34,420 bases of DNA from a virus (IMGVR_UViG_3300009436_000059:1-34420), one strand, 5' to 3'; counted from the first letter of the stretch, positions 8,843 through 18,788 are shown. Translations and numbers: made by a program. The notes: a model not told the origin generated them from the letters alone.

Positions 8843-11609
8843 TCACTACTGCCTGAACTCTTCCTGCCTGAGAGCTATTGGTACTATTAGGATATCCCTC
8901 CCATGTTACAGGATTTTCGTTAACACGAGGATCTGTATCGAATTTGTGTCCGTATGTAGGGTCCCACTCATAATCCGTTGCTCTTTTAATTGCATCATAG
9001 TGTACAGAAGCATGGCTAAATTTTAGTAGAGGATATTCATCTATATTAAAACTTTCATATGTGTCTGGACTAGAAGATGTCTTAAATTCCACCTTCTCCT
9101 GATTATCATTAGTACCGGCCTCAATTGGAAGATACGGAGTTACAGTTATACCAAAATCTGCATAATGCTTAGATGAATATGTGCCATCTTTAGATAATGG
9201 ATTCAGCCAATGAATTTTAAACTTATTTGCATATATTGGAGTTTTTGATGCGACTATAGTATAGAAGCCACTCAGTTTAGCTGAAAAAGAGTCTTTAGTC
9301 TTGGGATCAACATAACTGATTCCGTCAGCCTTAACACCCTTACTTGTGCTTTGGGCAGTCAGTTCATACTTAGCATCATTATCTACCATTAATATCCTAC
9401 TACTTCTATTATCACTAAATGATCCATAGTCTACATATGCACCATAAACACCATCAGCGATAATCTTTGCTTTATCGTCTTGTGCGTTTAATTTTTTCAA
9501 TACTGTCGCTGTACCAGTACCCGTGGCGGAAGATCCGATAAAGTTGGTTTGTAGTACAATCTGACTATTACTTCTAGATGCGACTAAATATTCTGCCCCA
9601 TCAATGACTAGAGTATCGCCTCTATATATGCTAGTCGCATAAGACGTAAAGTCTCCATCAACATTTGGTGAGCTATTTGTAAGCGTCAGACCGGTTAAAT
9701 CTGGATTAGCTATTGATGCAATACTGATAGTCGTATCGCTTTCAAATTTAAAATCTAGATATCTAGTGTCTGGATGATCACCAGAACTCACTATACTAGG
9801 AGAAAGATTAAAATGTATTCCGTCAGGCGAGCCCTTTATCTCTTCTATGTCAACTCTACATGGTTCTGACGAACTGACTGAGACCTTAGTAGGATAGCTT
9901 TTTTTACTGTTGGGTATTTTTACGCCGTCTCTATTTAATATATCGTTTTTAGGAAGTATCCCTAGAATTGATGTATTGGTTGAGAATGGTTTTAAATCAA
10001 CAGTTGTTGTTGCAAGTCTCACTGTTCCCTCATCTCCACCATCAACATAATAACTACTGCCGTACTTGTATACGAACTGAGGGGCTTTCAATGTAGACGA
10101 ATTACTGCAAGAAGTAAGATACTTAAACTTGAAGTCTGGATTATTGAGTACAGGCTTACCTAGTCCATTCTCGATTACGAATGTGTGTAGTAGAACCCAT
10201 CTAGCTTCTCCATTACCAACAGGAACATACGCATAGAATTTTGCTCCAATTGCACCATACCAAGAGAACTCAATCTTGTACATTGTTACATCTTCAAAGG
10301 ATAATATGTAACCAGAATCTCCCGATCCTAATAAAGAATCCCCATTAAATCTACTTCTAGGTATGACTGTCTCATGCAAGCCTTGAGAATTATTTACACC
10401 CTTAACATAAATTACATCTGTAGATTGATCAGTAATCTTTAATCCCTGACGAACTAAGAGATCATCAGGCATCCGTATTGTACTTCTTCGTATGATATTG
10501 AACTGGCTTCCTTTCAACTGAAACATATACTCATCAGTTTCATTAGAGCATCCCCACTCCAGAACACTTGCTAGAGATGTTGGATCGGCTTTCATTCTAG
10601 TTCCGAAAGTAAAACCACTAGCCCTACCAGGCTGATACCTAAAAGATCTTTTACTTTCAAGTATTGCGAATCTATCTCCAAGTTCAGACCCACCCGGTCT
10701 ACACTTAGTCTTAGCAAAATTGGCTAGAGTGTCGTAGCCTCCAGTCTGCCTATAGTCTGTGATAGCAGTGTTTAGGGGAGGCCAAGTGTCCAACCCATCC
10801 TTAATCAAATCAAAGAAATATGTCCAAGCCTCGATCTGATCATAGCATAGTTGCTCGTCTTCGTTTGCATACTTAACGTCATGGAAATTACCACTACCAA
10901 CAAATGCACCACCGCCACTAGGGTCCCATGTGATAGGAACTTTATTATCATCAGCATCTACGATATATGCAATGTCGTCACTTATAAAGTTTTTATTTAC
11001 GAATATCGAGTCAATAGTTGCGAATATGTTGTAGAAGTATTTACCTAGAGCGATAAATGACATATAATCTTTAAACTGTTCTGTTGGCTTCTGCTCTCGT
11101 CTTTCTATAGGCCCTCTGGGATAGCTATATTGTGACGGGAATTGACTTAGATATAATGCTTGCTCTGTAGATCCTTCATAAAACTTGGGTTGACTTCTCC
11201 TACCATAGATAGGATTCATTTTTTGATACCACTGATAAGGATTTCTGTTATCAGAAAAGTTGTATGTACTCCACTGCTCCTCATCTAGACCATATGTCGC
11301 AACATCAGCAAATAGACTTAATTGCTCCTCTGCTCTGGGGATACCTAGTAATGAAGAGCTTACGTCAGAAGTTTCTGAAAACTGCTCTTCAATTTTAATA
11401 AACCCGCCATCAAGTTCTCCATTATTGACATGAACAGATAATGCGTTCTCGCTTGACGTAAATGCGCCTGAAGCAGCCTCCTCTTCTGTTACAAGAGGAT
11501 TACCTGCGGCATCATAAAGCTTCGTACCCTCTATGTCTACAAGCTGTGTAAACTGCTTGGTGACTGGAGCAGGTATCTTGTCCAGTCCAACCTTTATCTG
11601 CTTTCCCAT
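8826..11609 (-). CDS. Putative virion structural protein, N-terminal 927 aa of a ~1210-aa gene split by a +1 frameshift; paralogue of 11613..15764
   Basis: Shares ordered blocks with the neighbour: LLGIPRAE, SKRxFRYQPGR, PRSRF, VTMxKxEFSWYGAxGA, YVPVGNGEARWV, KYGxSYYxDGGDxGTVRL, YPTK. Lacks the matching C-terminus unless joined to 7973..8842. Confidence 0.8.
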   Translation of the reverse strand: MGKQIKVGLDKIPAPVTKQFTQLVDIEGTKLYDAAGNPLVTEEEAASGAFTSSENALSVHVNNGELDGGFIKIEEQFSETSDVSSSLLGIPRAEEQLSLFADVATYGLDEEQWSTYNFSDNRNPYQWYQKMNPIYGRRSQPKFYEGSTEQALYLSQFPSQYSYPRGPIERREQKPTEQFKDYMSFIALGKYFYNIFATIDSIFVNKNFISDDIAYIVDADDNKVPITWDPSGGGAFVGSGNFHDVKYANEDEQLCYDQIEAWTYFFDLIKDGLDTWPPLNTAITDYRQTGGYDTLANFAKTKCRPGGSELGDRFAILESKRSFRYQPGRASGFTFGTRMKADPTSLASVLEWGCSNETDEYMFQLKGSQFNIIRRSTIRMPDDLLVRQGLKITDQSTDVIYVKGVNNSQGLHETVIPRSRFNGDSLLGSGDSGYILSFEDVTMYKIEFSWYGAIGAKFYAYVPVGNGEARWVLLHTFVIENGLGKPVLNNPDFKFKYLTSCSNSSTLKAPQFVYKYGSSYYVDGGDEGTVRLATTTVDLKPFSTNTSILGILPKNDILNRDGVKIPNSKKSYPTKVSVSSSEPCRVDIEEIKGSPDGIHFNLSPSIVSSGDHPDTRYLDFKFESDTTISIASIANPDLTGLTLTNSSPNVDGDFTSYATSIYRGDTLVIDGAEYLVASRSNSQIVLQTNFIGSSATGTGTATVLKKLNAQDDKAKIIADGVYGAYVDYGSFSDNRSSRILMVDNDAKYELTAQSTSKGVKADGISYVDPKTKDSFSAKLSGFYTIVASKTPIYANKFKIHWLNPLSKDGTYSSKHYADFGITVTPYLPIEAGTNDNQEKVEFKTSSSPDTYESFNIDEYPLLKFSHASVHYDAIKRATDYEWDPTYGHKFDTDPRVNENPVTWEGYPNSTNSSQAGRVQAVVRGWSI

Positions 11610-12995
11610 AGATTACTGCTCTTCCCATGTTACACCCAAACTTACGAATTCCTCATCACCTGTTGACAACTCTTCTGAGTCAACTGCAAAATAGAGACTA
11701 TCAGCAATATTAGTCAATGGGAAAGAGAGGTACTCTTTATTATAATCGAAATATGTGTCTAAGTCAAACTGTTCTGTTCCAGATCGTAAGTATATAGTCG
11801 CTACATTTACGCCAGTTCCAGGTATAGGTACAACACTGTTTGATACGAGTTCTACAGAACTTAGACCTTCTTTTTCACTAGTAGTTTTAGTGTTTGTTGC
11901 AGTTGTGTCAACACCATCAGAAGCAAATTTAAGATCTGGTAAGAACCCTTCGTCTGCGGCTGACGCACTAGCACCTGATAATAATGTTACTGTTCCCTCA
12001 TACGACTGCATAAGTTCAAAGTAATACTGATCAGCCTCTTTATATACTCTACCAAAGACAGTTAGATCGTCAGCAACAATTCTTGCTCTCCACCATCCAT
12101 AGACGCTCTCACCGTTACCAATGTATGTAGTATTAGCATGAACAGTTAAAGGAAGATTCGCACTAGTAATAGGATAATTTGCACTAAGAACAAGATTACC
12201 GCTAGTTGTGGTGTGAGTCTGGAACAATGGAGTCTTCTTAAATCTAAGTCTTAGATTATTACCCGAACTCGAACCCTTCGGAATATTCGAAGATGACAGC
12301 TTAGTAGGATATACTTGTACTCTGTTTCTCACAGCATTACTTTCTCTCGTACTAAGTATCTCTTTCTTAGTCTCGATACCAAAAATATTATCTGCCCTAT
12401 CTGGGGAAAGAGTAATGTTGCTAGGGCTACTACTACTTAACGGTCTAGATAGATAAACTTTAGTAGCATCGGCCCAAACAACCTCAATGTTCTGATCTAG
12501 TTTGGTATTTGTTTTGACTGATGCTCCCATAAAGAATCTAGGATCGATACTACCTTGGGCTACAGTGATGCTAGGCATAGCTATGCCTCTAATTTCAGTA
12601 TCAGCCTCTGTATATGTCGTTTGGGCATATTGTTTACCACTGATAGTTACAGCATTATCATTGTTATGGCTGTATAGACGAACAGTACCACGGTCACCGC
12701 CATCGATGTAGTATGAAGCACCATACTTAACAATGTGATGAGATTCGTTTCCATATCCATAGTTAGCATCATTAATGTCTTCTAGATCACCTAAACAATA
12801 TTGCGAACCACCACCATAAGTTGTGTATGTAATAGGCAATGTTGCGTTACCAAGAGATGCAACCTTCAACTGATTCGATGCTCTTAGGTGATGTACTCGT
12901 ACCCATCTTGCTTCACCGTTACCAACAGGAACATATGCTAAGAACAATGCACCAACAGCACCGTACCAAGAGAACTCTACTTTAAGCATCGTTAC
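10195..12995. repeat. Diverged direct DNA repeat between the two paralogues (~10195-10290 vs ~12901-12995)
   Basis: Identical TTACCAACAGGAACATA at 10213-10229 and 12919-12935, and TACCAAGAGAACTC a short distance downstream in both; encodes EFSWYGAxGAxFxAYVPVGNGEARWV. Confidence 0.85.
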
Positions 12996-15764
12996 TTTAG
13001 TGAAGTCGAAATTATATACGCTTGATTGCTTCTCATCTTTGTCAGCAGTTACTGTATAGTTTTCACCAGGTCTAACTGTACCACCAACACCAGTTGCTAG
13101 ATCACTGTAAACTCTGTTTCTAGAGTTATTTTCGTCTGTCGAAAGTATTCCGTCTAGAGAATCATGACTGAATCTTGAGCGAGGTACACGATATTCATAC
13201 ACTCCATAGTATTCTGGCTTGACATTATTTTTAATCCAGTTAACATACTCTGGGAAGAAGTTTACGTTATCAATTTGAGATCTAATTATATCAACATTAT
13301 CGCCAGTCCCAGTTGGGCCATTAGGATCGAGTGCTGTATTCACGAATCCCATGTAGTTGTTTCCTAACCCTGAACTATTAAGATCGTCAGCAGTAGAATA
13401 CATATATGGGAACATTGCTCCCTGTGGTATTTTACCAATACCTGATAATGCTTTAGTGTTAAATACTCTATGATCGCCTGAAACAGAATTGCTGGCCGCA
13501 GAGGCGGTGAGCGTTGCAGGAGTAGTATCGATCTCAGATAAGAGTGTTAACGTAGCCGAATTTGTAACGTCATAATCTTTAGGGAATACGAAAGGAACAA
13601 CTGTGTCTACATATAATTTTCCATTATCGCTAGTAATCGATGTATAATTAGCCGCTGTTAGTTGTGTTGTACCATCTACTACACTGACTGCAATAAACTC
13701 ATTGCCCTTTGGCCCTTTAACACTTTTAACTTTATATATTCCACCATTAGGACAATCTGTTATTGCAACTGGAGTATCCCCAGTCCAACTAATTTTAATA
13801 TGTTGCCCAAATGTAACAAGACCCTCGGTAAGTCTAATAGTATCGGCTGCGGCTGTTGCGCCAGCTTCCATTACTGCAACAACTTTCTTAGAGTCTTTAA
13901 GTAAGGATGGATCATATACGCCAGCATGAACGTGAATCAGTCCGTCACGAAGAGTAATTAGATTACCCGCAAATCCCCTTTTCCCTACAGTCATCGCACC
14001 AGTGTTTTCGGAACCGAAGTTGGTGACAATTAGAGTCGCTAGTATATCAAAGGCTTTATATTGATCGCTAGAAGTAGCGTAGCCAAATGCCTTTAATTCG
14101 TTTCGTATGATAGCTCTAAGAAGAGTGTGTCTTGCTGTTTCTGTGATACTACCAGCGTTTTGCTGAGAGTATACTGAAAGGCCTGTACCCCTAGTGAACA
14201 TACTTGCATTATATACAGTTTCTGCGTTAGCATCTGCTAGAATATCATTCTTATATCCATCAATGACATACCCAACATCACGCTGACATTTATATTTAAG
14301 TTCTGTTGCAGTGAATGCGGCACTCAGGCCGACACCAGTCGGGACAGTGTATACAATATTACTGGCACCTGCATCGTCAATAACATCCACAACAATACTT
14401 TTAGTAGTTACATAGTATGACCAGAACTGTTTCTTAACGGCAAAGAAAGTTTCTAACTTATCCCTAGTTCCATAGGTTACGCCCGATGTAATAGTTGCTG
14501 GCGTAAATACAGTTCCATTGTAAGAAGCTATTGTGATATCGATTAAAGTTTTAAGGTCAGTTACGGCCTGAGTGCTTATACCAATACTATTATCATTTAT
14601 GTAAGTCTTAAACGCTTGGTGTACTGGCGTTTCAAATACTGTTGGTTGAGCAGGGAATATGCCAACTCTTACGTTGTTAGCAAGTTGGTCATAATTGAAA
14701 TTAGTACCACCAGACAGCGCAAAGTTAGTTGTATTGATCTTTGTGTGTGCATCGCCACCGTGCTTTAAATCGAGAAGATAGTTGTCCATCCAGTAATCTA
14801 GATCTCGTCTACACTTAGCTTCTATCTCAGCCACAGTAAAGCCAGAGATACCGCTCACAGCGTTATAGGCTGCCACAAAGTCAGCATAATATCCGTTACC
14901 AGTTTGTTGAACATTACTAGTTCCTAAAATAGTACTTCCGCTAGGTGTACCATAAGTTGCTATTGCAGTCGCAAGTACTGCATCAATAATAGCAAATCTA
15001 TTATCAGTTAAAATCTTTCTATCTGCAACAACTAGACCAGCATCTTCAGATGACTTTTCGCTTGCGCCTAAACCAACTATTCTGTAGTCGTCTAGCTGAG
15101 TGGTTGTTACGTTTGCTGTAGTATTATCACCCCTAAGTGGCGTAGTAGAGCCGCCAGTAGGGCCTCCTATACCATATGTGCTTAGTGGAGCATTTGGAAG
15201 AGATTGCGTTCTACGAACTACACCGAAGTTATCGCCTTGAGCGTTATTTCTAGTTTCCCAGTAGTAGCCGTCATACTTATCATAGATACCAAACTTGCGA
15301 ATGGCAGGATTCTGTGCGAAGCTTGCAATAGATACAGAACTCTTAACACCGAAAGTGGCGGCAGATACACGACCCGGCTGATATCTGAAGAAACGCTTAG
15401 ATGTCAATACCGCTGTCTTGTTTCGAGATGCCTCTACGAGCGCACCGGCTTCTGTAGGGAGATGCTGTACACCATCGCCTGGAATATGAAACGCAGGCTG
15501 CATTGACCATTCTGACGGGTTAACGTCATAAGTATTTACGTCAGCAAAGATACCTAGTGCAACTTCTGCTCTTGGAATACCTAGAAGCGATAGTGCTACT
15601 TCAGACTGAACCTTATTCTGCTCAACAACAGGAATAGGAGTCTGATCCGAAGCCATTACTACTGGTATAGACTTGTCAGCGTTTTGGGCACCCGGTGATA
15701 CAGGAGTCGTTCTACCTACGTTTACTACTGATGTGTTTTGGTTTACATTTGTAATACTTGACAT
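11613..15764 (-). CDS. Putative virion structural protein (1383 aa) with RYQPG/WYGA core and a helical insert bearing two KCxRDxxY motifs
   Basis: Long ORF with RBS (AGGAAAAAGAA-ATG), clear paralogy with 8826..11609, and an N-terminus I recall from structural proteins of marine T4-like cyanophages (not verified by search). Confidence 0.8.
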   Translation of the reverse strand: MSSITNVNQNTSVVNVGRTTPVSPGAQNADKSIPVVMASDQTPIPVVEQNKVQSEVALSLLGIPRAEVALGIFADVNTYDVNPSEWSMQPAFHIPGDGVQHLPTEAGALVEASRNKTAVLTSKRFFRYQPGRVSAATFGVKSSVSIASFAQNPAIRKFGIYDKYDGYYWETRNNAQGDNFGVVRRTQSLPNAPLSTYGIGGPTGGSTTPLRGDNTTANVTTTQLDDYRIVGLGASEKSSEDAGLVVADRKILTDNRFAIIDAVLATAIATYGTPSGSTILGTSNVQQTGNGYYADFVAAYNAVSGISGFTVAEIEAKCRRDLDYWMDNYLLDLKHGGDAHTKINTTNFALSGGTNFNYDQLANNVRVGIFPAQPTVFETPVHQAFKTYINDNSIGISTQAVTDLKTLIDITIASYNGTVFTPATITSGVTYGTRDKLETFFAVKKQFWSYYVTTKSIVVDVIDDAGASNIVYTVPTGVGLSAAFTATELKYKCQRDVGYVIDGYKNDILADANAETVYNASMFTRGTGLSVYSQQNAGSITETARHTLLRAIIRNELKAFGYATSSDQYKAFDILATLIVTNFGSENTGAMTVGKRGFAGNLITLRDGLIHVHAGVYDPSLLKDSKKVVAVMEAGATAAADTIRLTEGLVTFGQHIKISWTGDTPVAITDCPNGGIYKVKSVKGPKGNEFIAVSVVDGTTQLTAANYTSITSDNGKLYVDTVVPFVFPKDYDVTNSATLTLLSEIDTTPATLTASAASNSVSGDHRVFNTKALSGIGKIPQGAMFPYMYSTADDLNSSGLGNNYMGFVNTALDPNGPTGTGDNVDIIRSQIDNVNFFPEYVNWIKNNVKPEYYGVYEYRVPRSRFSHDSLDGILSTDENNSRNRVYSDLATGVGGTVRPGENYTVTADKDEKQSSVYNFDFTKVTMLKVEFSWYGAVGALFLAYVPVGNGEARWVRVHHLRASNQLKVASLGNATLPITYTTYGGGSQYCLGDLEDINDANYGYGNESHHIVKYGASYYIDGGDRGTVRLYSHNNDNAVTISGKQYAQTTYTEADTEIRGIAMPSITVAQGSIDPRFFMGASVKTNTKLDQNIEVVWADATKVYLSRPLSSSSPSNITLSPDRADNIFGIETKKEILSTRESNAVRNRVQVYPTKLSSSNIPKGSSSGNNLRLRFKKTPLFQTHTTTSGNLVLSANYPITSANLPLTVHANTTYIGNGESVYGWWRARIVADDLTVFGRVYKEADQYYFELMQSYEGTVTLLSGASASAADEGFLPDLKFASDGVDTTATNTKTTSEKEGLSSVELVSNSVVPIPGTGVNVATIYLRSGTEQFDLDTYFDYNKEYLSFPLTNIADSLYFAVDSEELSTGDEEFVSLGVTWEEQ

Positions 15765-15773
15765 TTCTTTTTC

Positions 15774-18700
15774 CTATTTAATAAGCCCTTGTGCCATCAC
15801 AAAGTCGTCTATTATATTTATCGTTCCTGTATTTTCAGTTCCTCTGGTACACCCTGCTCCGGTAGCGCCATCGACACTTGCGGCAGTAGCGCCATCACCT
15901 GCGCCCCAATATTTCAGAGTGAGTGTTGTTTGACCAACACCAATAGCAACAATTTCTGCTAACTCAGCATTTGCATTAGGAGTGTTAAGCGCAAAGCTAT
16001 CGTGATCGGCTATTCTAACAAATTGTCCAACTGAAAGTGGAGTAGATAGTGTCACTGTGATTGCAATAGTATACACAGGATTACTTGTCGATGCACCATA
16101 GCTACCGGTGGTAGCCCAAGAGCCAGACCCAGTTATGCTTGCAACTTTAGCATCATATCTATAACTAGCCGACCAAGCCAAGCCAACATGAGATGATCCG
16201 AATGGATGTATCTTAGTAGTATCACTCACACTTGTTTTGGTGTTTGCGGCATAGAGAGACTGTAGACTAGCAGGAGAATATATACCAGTCTTAATTTTAG
16301 TGTAGTCAGCACCAAGTACCTGAAATTGGAACTGTCCTTTACTTCTATCGATATGAGGATCAGATGCAGGAACATCAGTGAATGTAATAGGCGTGTTAGT
16401 ACCATTTCCATATCCCACAAACTCACTAGGCGTACAGAATCCGGTCGTCCCGCTAGGCGAAACACTACCACTATATGTAAACTCAGTGCCTGCGTTACTA
16501 TTAATCGCTCCATGAGTAGTCCAAGTAACATCACCCGGCTCTTCAATTACATATCTTTTACCAACTACAAATGTGTTGTGAGCATTTCCGTCAATACCAG
16601 TTGCGCCAGGTCCAACATATACTCCGTACTTCTGAGTAGATCCGTCATTTAACTGTTGAACGAGATTTAGTCTATAGACTATACTACCAGAGTATGTGGT
16701 GTTTGAATAGGCAAGATTGAGTGCCGCCCCATTTTCTTGATATACTAGTACATCACTCTTGTATGGTGCAGTATCTCCTAGTTGCTCTAGATATATGTTT
16801 ATCGAATCATATTCACTATTCAATATGTCTGGACTAGATAAGAACTCATTAGCCGCTCCCATAAGAACATTAGGAGAAGATACTAGGAATGTTGATCCGT
16901 ATACAAATAGACCAGATCCGCAAGCTTTAATAATATTATTTGCGATAGCACCTTCTGATGTGATAGACGCATCTATACTATCAGTAAAGTTTTCGAATCT
17001 ATTTCCTGTGATAATTGTCGTACTACCATTATCAATTATTAAAGGAGAGAAGGTAAATCTATCTGTGACTCCACTATTAACAATTTCACTAGCAGTCATC
17101 TTGAACTCGTTGGGACTTGTTGCGTATATACCCCCACCAACCTGATTTTTAAATCTCGATCTATCTATGATAATAGACGTTGGGTTAGACCCTAAGTCAA
17201 CTAAAAAGTTTAATGATGGATCAGTATCATCGTTAAGTAAGTATTGATTTAATATGTTTCCGTCAAAGTCCACTCCGACAAATGATATATTCTGTGCATT
17301 AGTTGGCTGAGTTGATCTAAGTAGACTGTTGTCAGCACTTGCCCCATTATAACCACTCCAAGGCAACTTTTTAATTTTTGTGATGTTAGCTGTCCCAATT
17401 AGACCAAAGTCATCTGGTACACTAATGTGAGTAGCGTTATATGTTTTAGCATTAAGAGACAGACTTCTTCTGCCCGATGTAGACTTAGAAGAAATAGCCG
17501 CAGTAATCAGACTAGTATCATTATGTGCTAACTGGACGGCATTGGTTGTGTTTACAAAAGATGCTGTGGATAATCCAATATCAAAGGAAGAGACATTCTG
17601 GGTAATAGTCGATATTGTCACATCAGTCCATCCTCTCTGTGCAGTAGATGGCGCAGTTAGTGGGAAATGAGTTATTGAGGAATAGCTATTATCAATAGAG
17701 TTTTTTCCAGACCACGGAACAAAATCAAACGTATGATAATCTTTCCAACTCGGTAACTCTTTGTCCCCTAGAACAGCAACTAGTTTATACTCTACTGAAG
17801 GTGCTATTGCTCTATAAACTAATACCCCTTGAGGATCGTTACCAACAGCGTATCCACTAATAGAAAGTGACACAAACTTATCAGTATTGAATGCTGTAGA
17901 CGAGCTATCGAATACCACCTGTTCAGCATTAAAGATGTTAACATCCACTTCTGGTGAGGCTGGTGTAATCTCTCCAGTCTTCAAATTATAGTAGCATATC
18001 TTGTATGAGAAGGTTTTACTATTTGTGCCTGTTGTAGCAGTAAATCCTGTGCTTACAGTTACTCCGAGATTGCCCGTAGTGGGTGCGCTTGATATATTAC
18101 TGTCTGTGGCAGAAGCACCATATAGTCTTAAAATTTGTCCAGACTGAAAGCTAAGTGCTATTGTATTATCTGGATCTGATACACGAATAGTAGAAGCCTG
18201 GCTAGTGGTAGGATTCAGAAATGTTCCAGAGACATCCATCAGACTATCGCCTACTCCACCACCATCAAATGTGTCACTATAACTATTAAACAATGCTCCA
18301 AAGTTTTGAGTAAGCTGAGTGATCACCTTATCATTTGTATAATACTCGTTAGTATTTCCTTCTATAAGGAAATCTGTTGTCATTGTTCTGTTGGTTGCGC
18401 CAGTGCCAGAAACAAGTATAGACTCTGAAGTATTATCATATTTTATATATTCTGGGCTATTATCAAGCTGACTAAGATCAGAAATAATCACCGGCTTACC
18501 ATTTAGATTATTATAATTTCTAAAGTAAGTTGAGTCTCTATATTGACCATCATCCCAAAGTTTCTGAGCCTGAAGACCATTACCTACTCCAGACTGAAAT
18601 GCATTCAGCTTGTTCTTTATCGTTTCTGCTTTTGATGTAAGATTGGCATCAGACAGGATCACATTAGAAAGATCGTCAGTCTGAATCTTCATCGACTTAG

Positions 18701-18788
18701 TTTGATCGACATCAGTTACTGCGAATATATCCGTAGCATCCAGTGTCTGGATTCTATCTAACTGTGAAAACTTCTTTGTTGTACTCAT
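15774..18788 (-). CDS. Tail fibre/tailspike-like protein with right-handed beta-helix (pectin lyase-like) domain (1004 aa)
   Basis: Fibre-type N-terminus (KKFSQL...DIFAVTD...SMKI), YFRNYNNLNGKP and TTDFLIEGNTNEYYT motifs, and beta-helix coils (ISFVGVDFDGN, IIIDRSRFKN, IITGNRFEN, IANNIIKACGSGLFVYGS). Confidence 0.75.
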   Translation of the reverse strand: MSTTKKFSQLDRIQTLDATDIFAVTDVDQTKSMKIQTDDLSNVILSDANLTSKAETIKNKLNAFQSGVGNGLQAQKLWDDGQYRDSTYFRNYNNLNGKPVIISDLSQLDNSPEYIKYDNTSESILVSGTGATNRTMTTDFLIEGNTNEYYTNDKVITQLTQNFGALFNSYSDTFDGGGVGDSLMDVSGTFLNPTTSQASTIRVSDPDNTIALSFQSGQILRLYGASATDSNISSAPTTGNLGVTVSTGFTATTGTNSKTFSYKICYYNLKTGEITPASPEVDVNIFNAEQVVFDSSSTAFNTDKFVSLSISGYAVGNDPQGVLVYRAIAPSVEYKLVAVLGDKELPSWKDYHTFDFVPWSGKNSIDNSYSSITHFPLTAPSTAQRGWTDVTISTITQNVSSFDIGLSTASFVNTTNAVQLAHNDTSLITAAISSKSTSGRRSLSLNAKTYNATHISVPDDFGLIGTANITKIKKLPWSGYNGASADNSLLRSTQPTNAQNISFVGVDFDGNILNQYLLNDDTDPSLNFLVDLGSNPTSIIIDRSRFKNQVGGGIYATSPNEFKMTASEIVNSGVTDRFTFSPLIIDNGSTTIITGNRFENFTDSIDASITSEGAIANNIIKACGSGLFVYGSTFLVSSPNVLMGAANEFLSSPDILNSEYDSINIYLEQLGDTAPYKSDVLVYQENGAALNLAYSNTTYSGSIVYRLNLVQQLNDGSTQKYGVYVGPGATGIDGNAHNTFVVGKRYVIEEPGDVTWTTHGAINSNAGTEFTYSGSVSPSGTTGFCTPSEFVGYGNGTNTPITFTDVPASDPHIDRSKGQFQFQVLGADYTKIKTGIYSPASLQSLYAANTKTSVSDTTKIHPFGSSHVGLAWSASYRYDAKVASITGSGSWATTGSYGASTSNPVYTIAITVTLSTPLSVGQFVRIADHDSFALNTPNANAELAEIVAIGVGQTTLTLKYWGAGDGATAASVDGATGAGCTRGTENTGTINIIDDFVMAQGLIK

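Noticed and set aside
10195-12995. Diversity-generating retroelement template/variable repeat pair
   Set aside because: Both copies are coding, differences are largely at synonymous positions rather than adenine-specific, and no reverse transcriptase is present.
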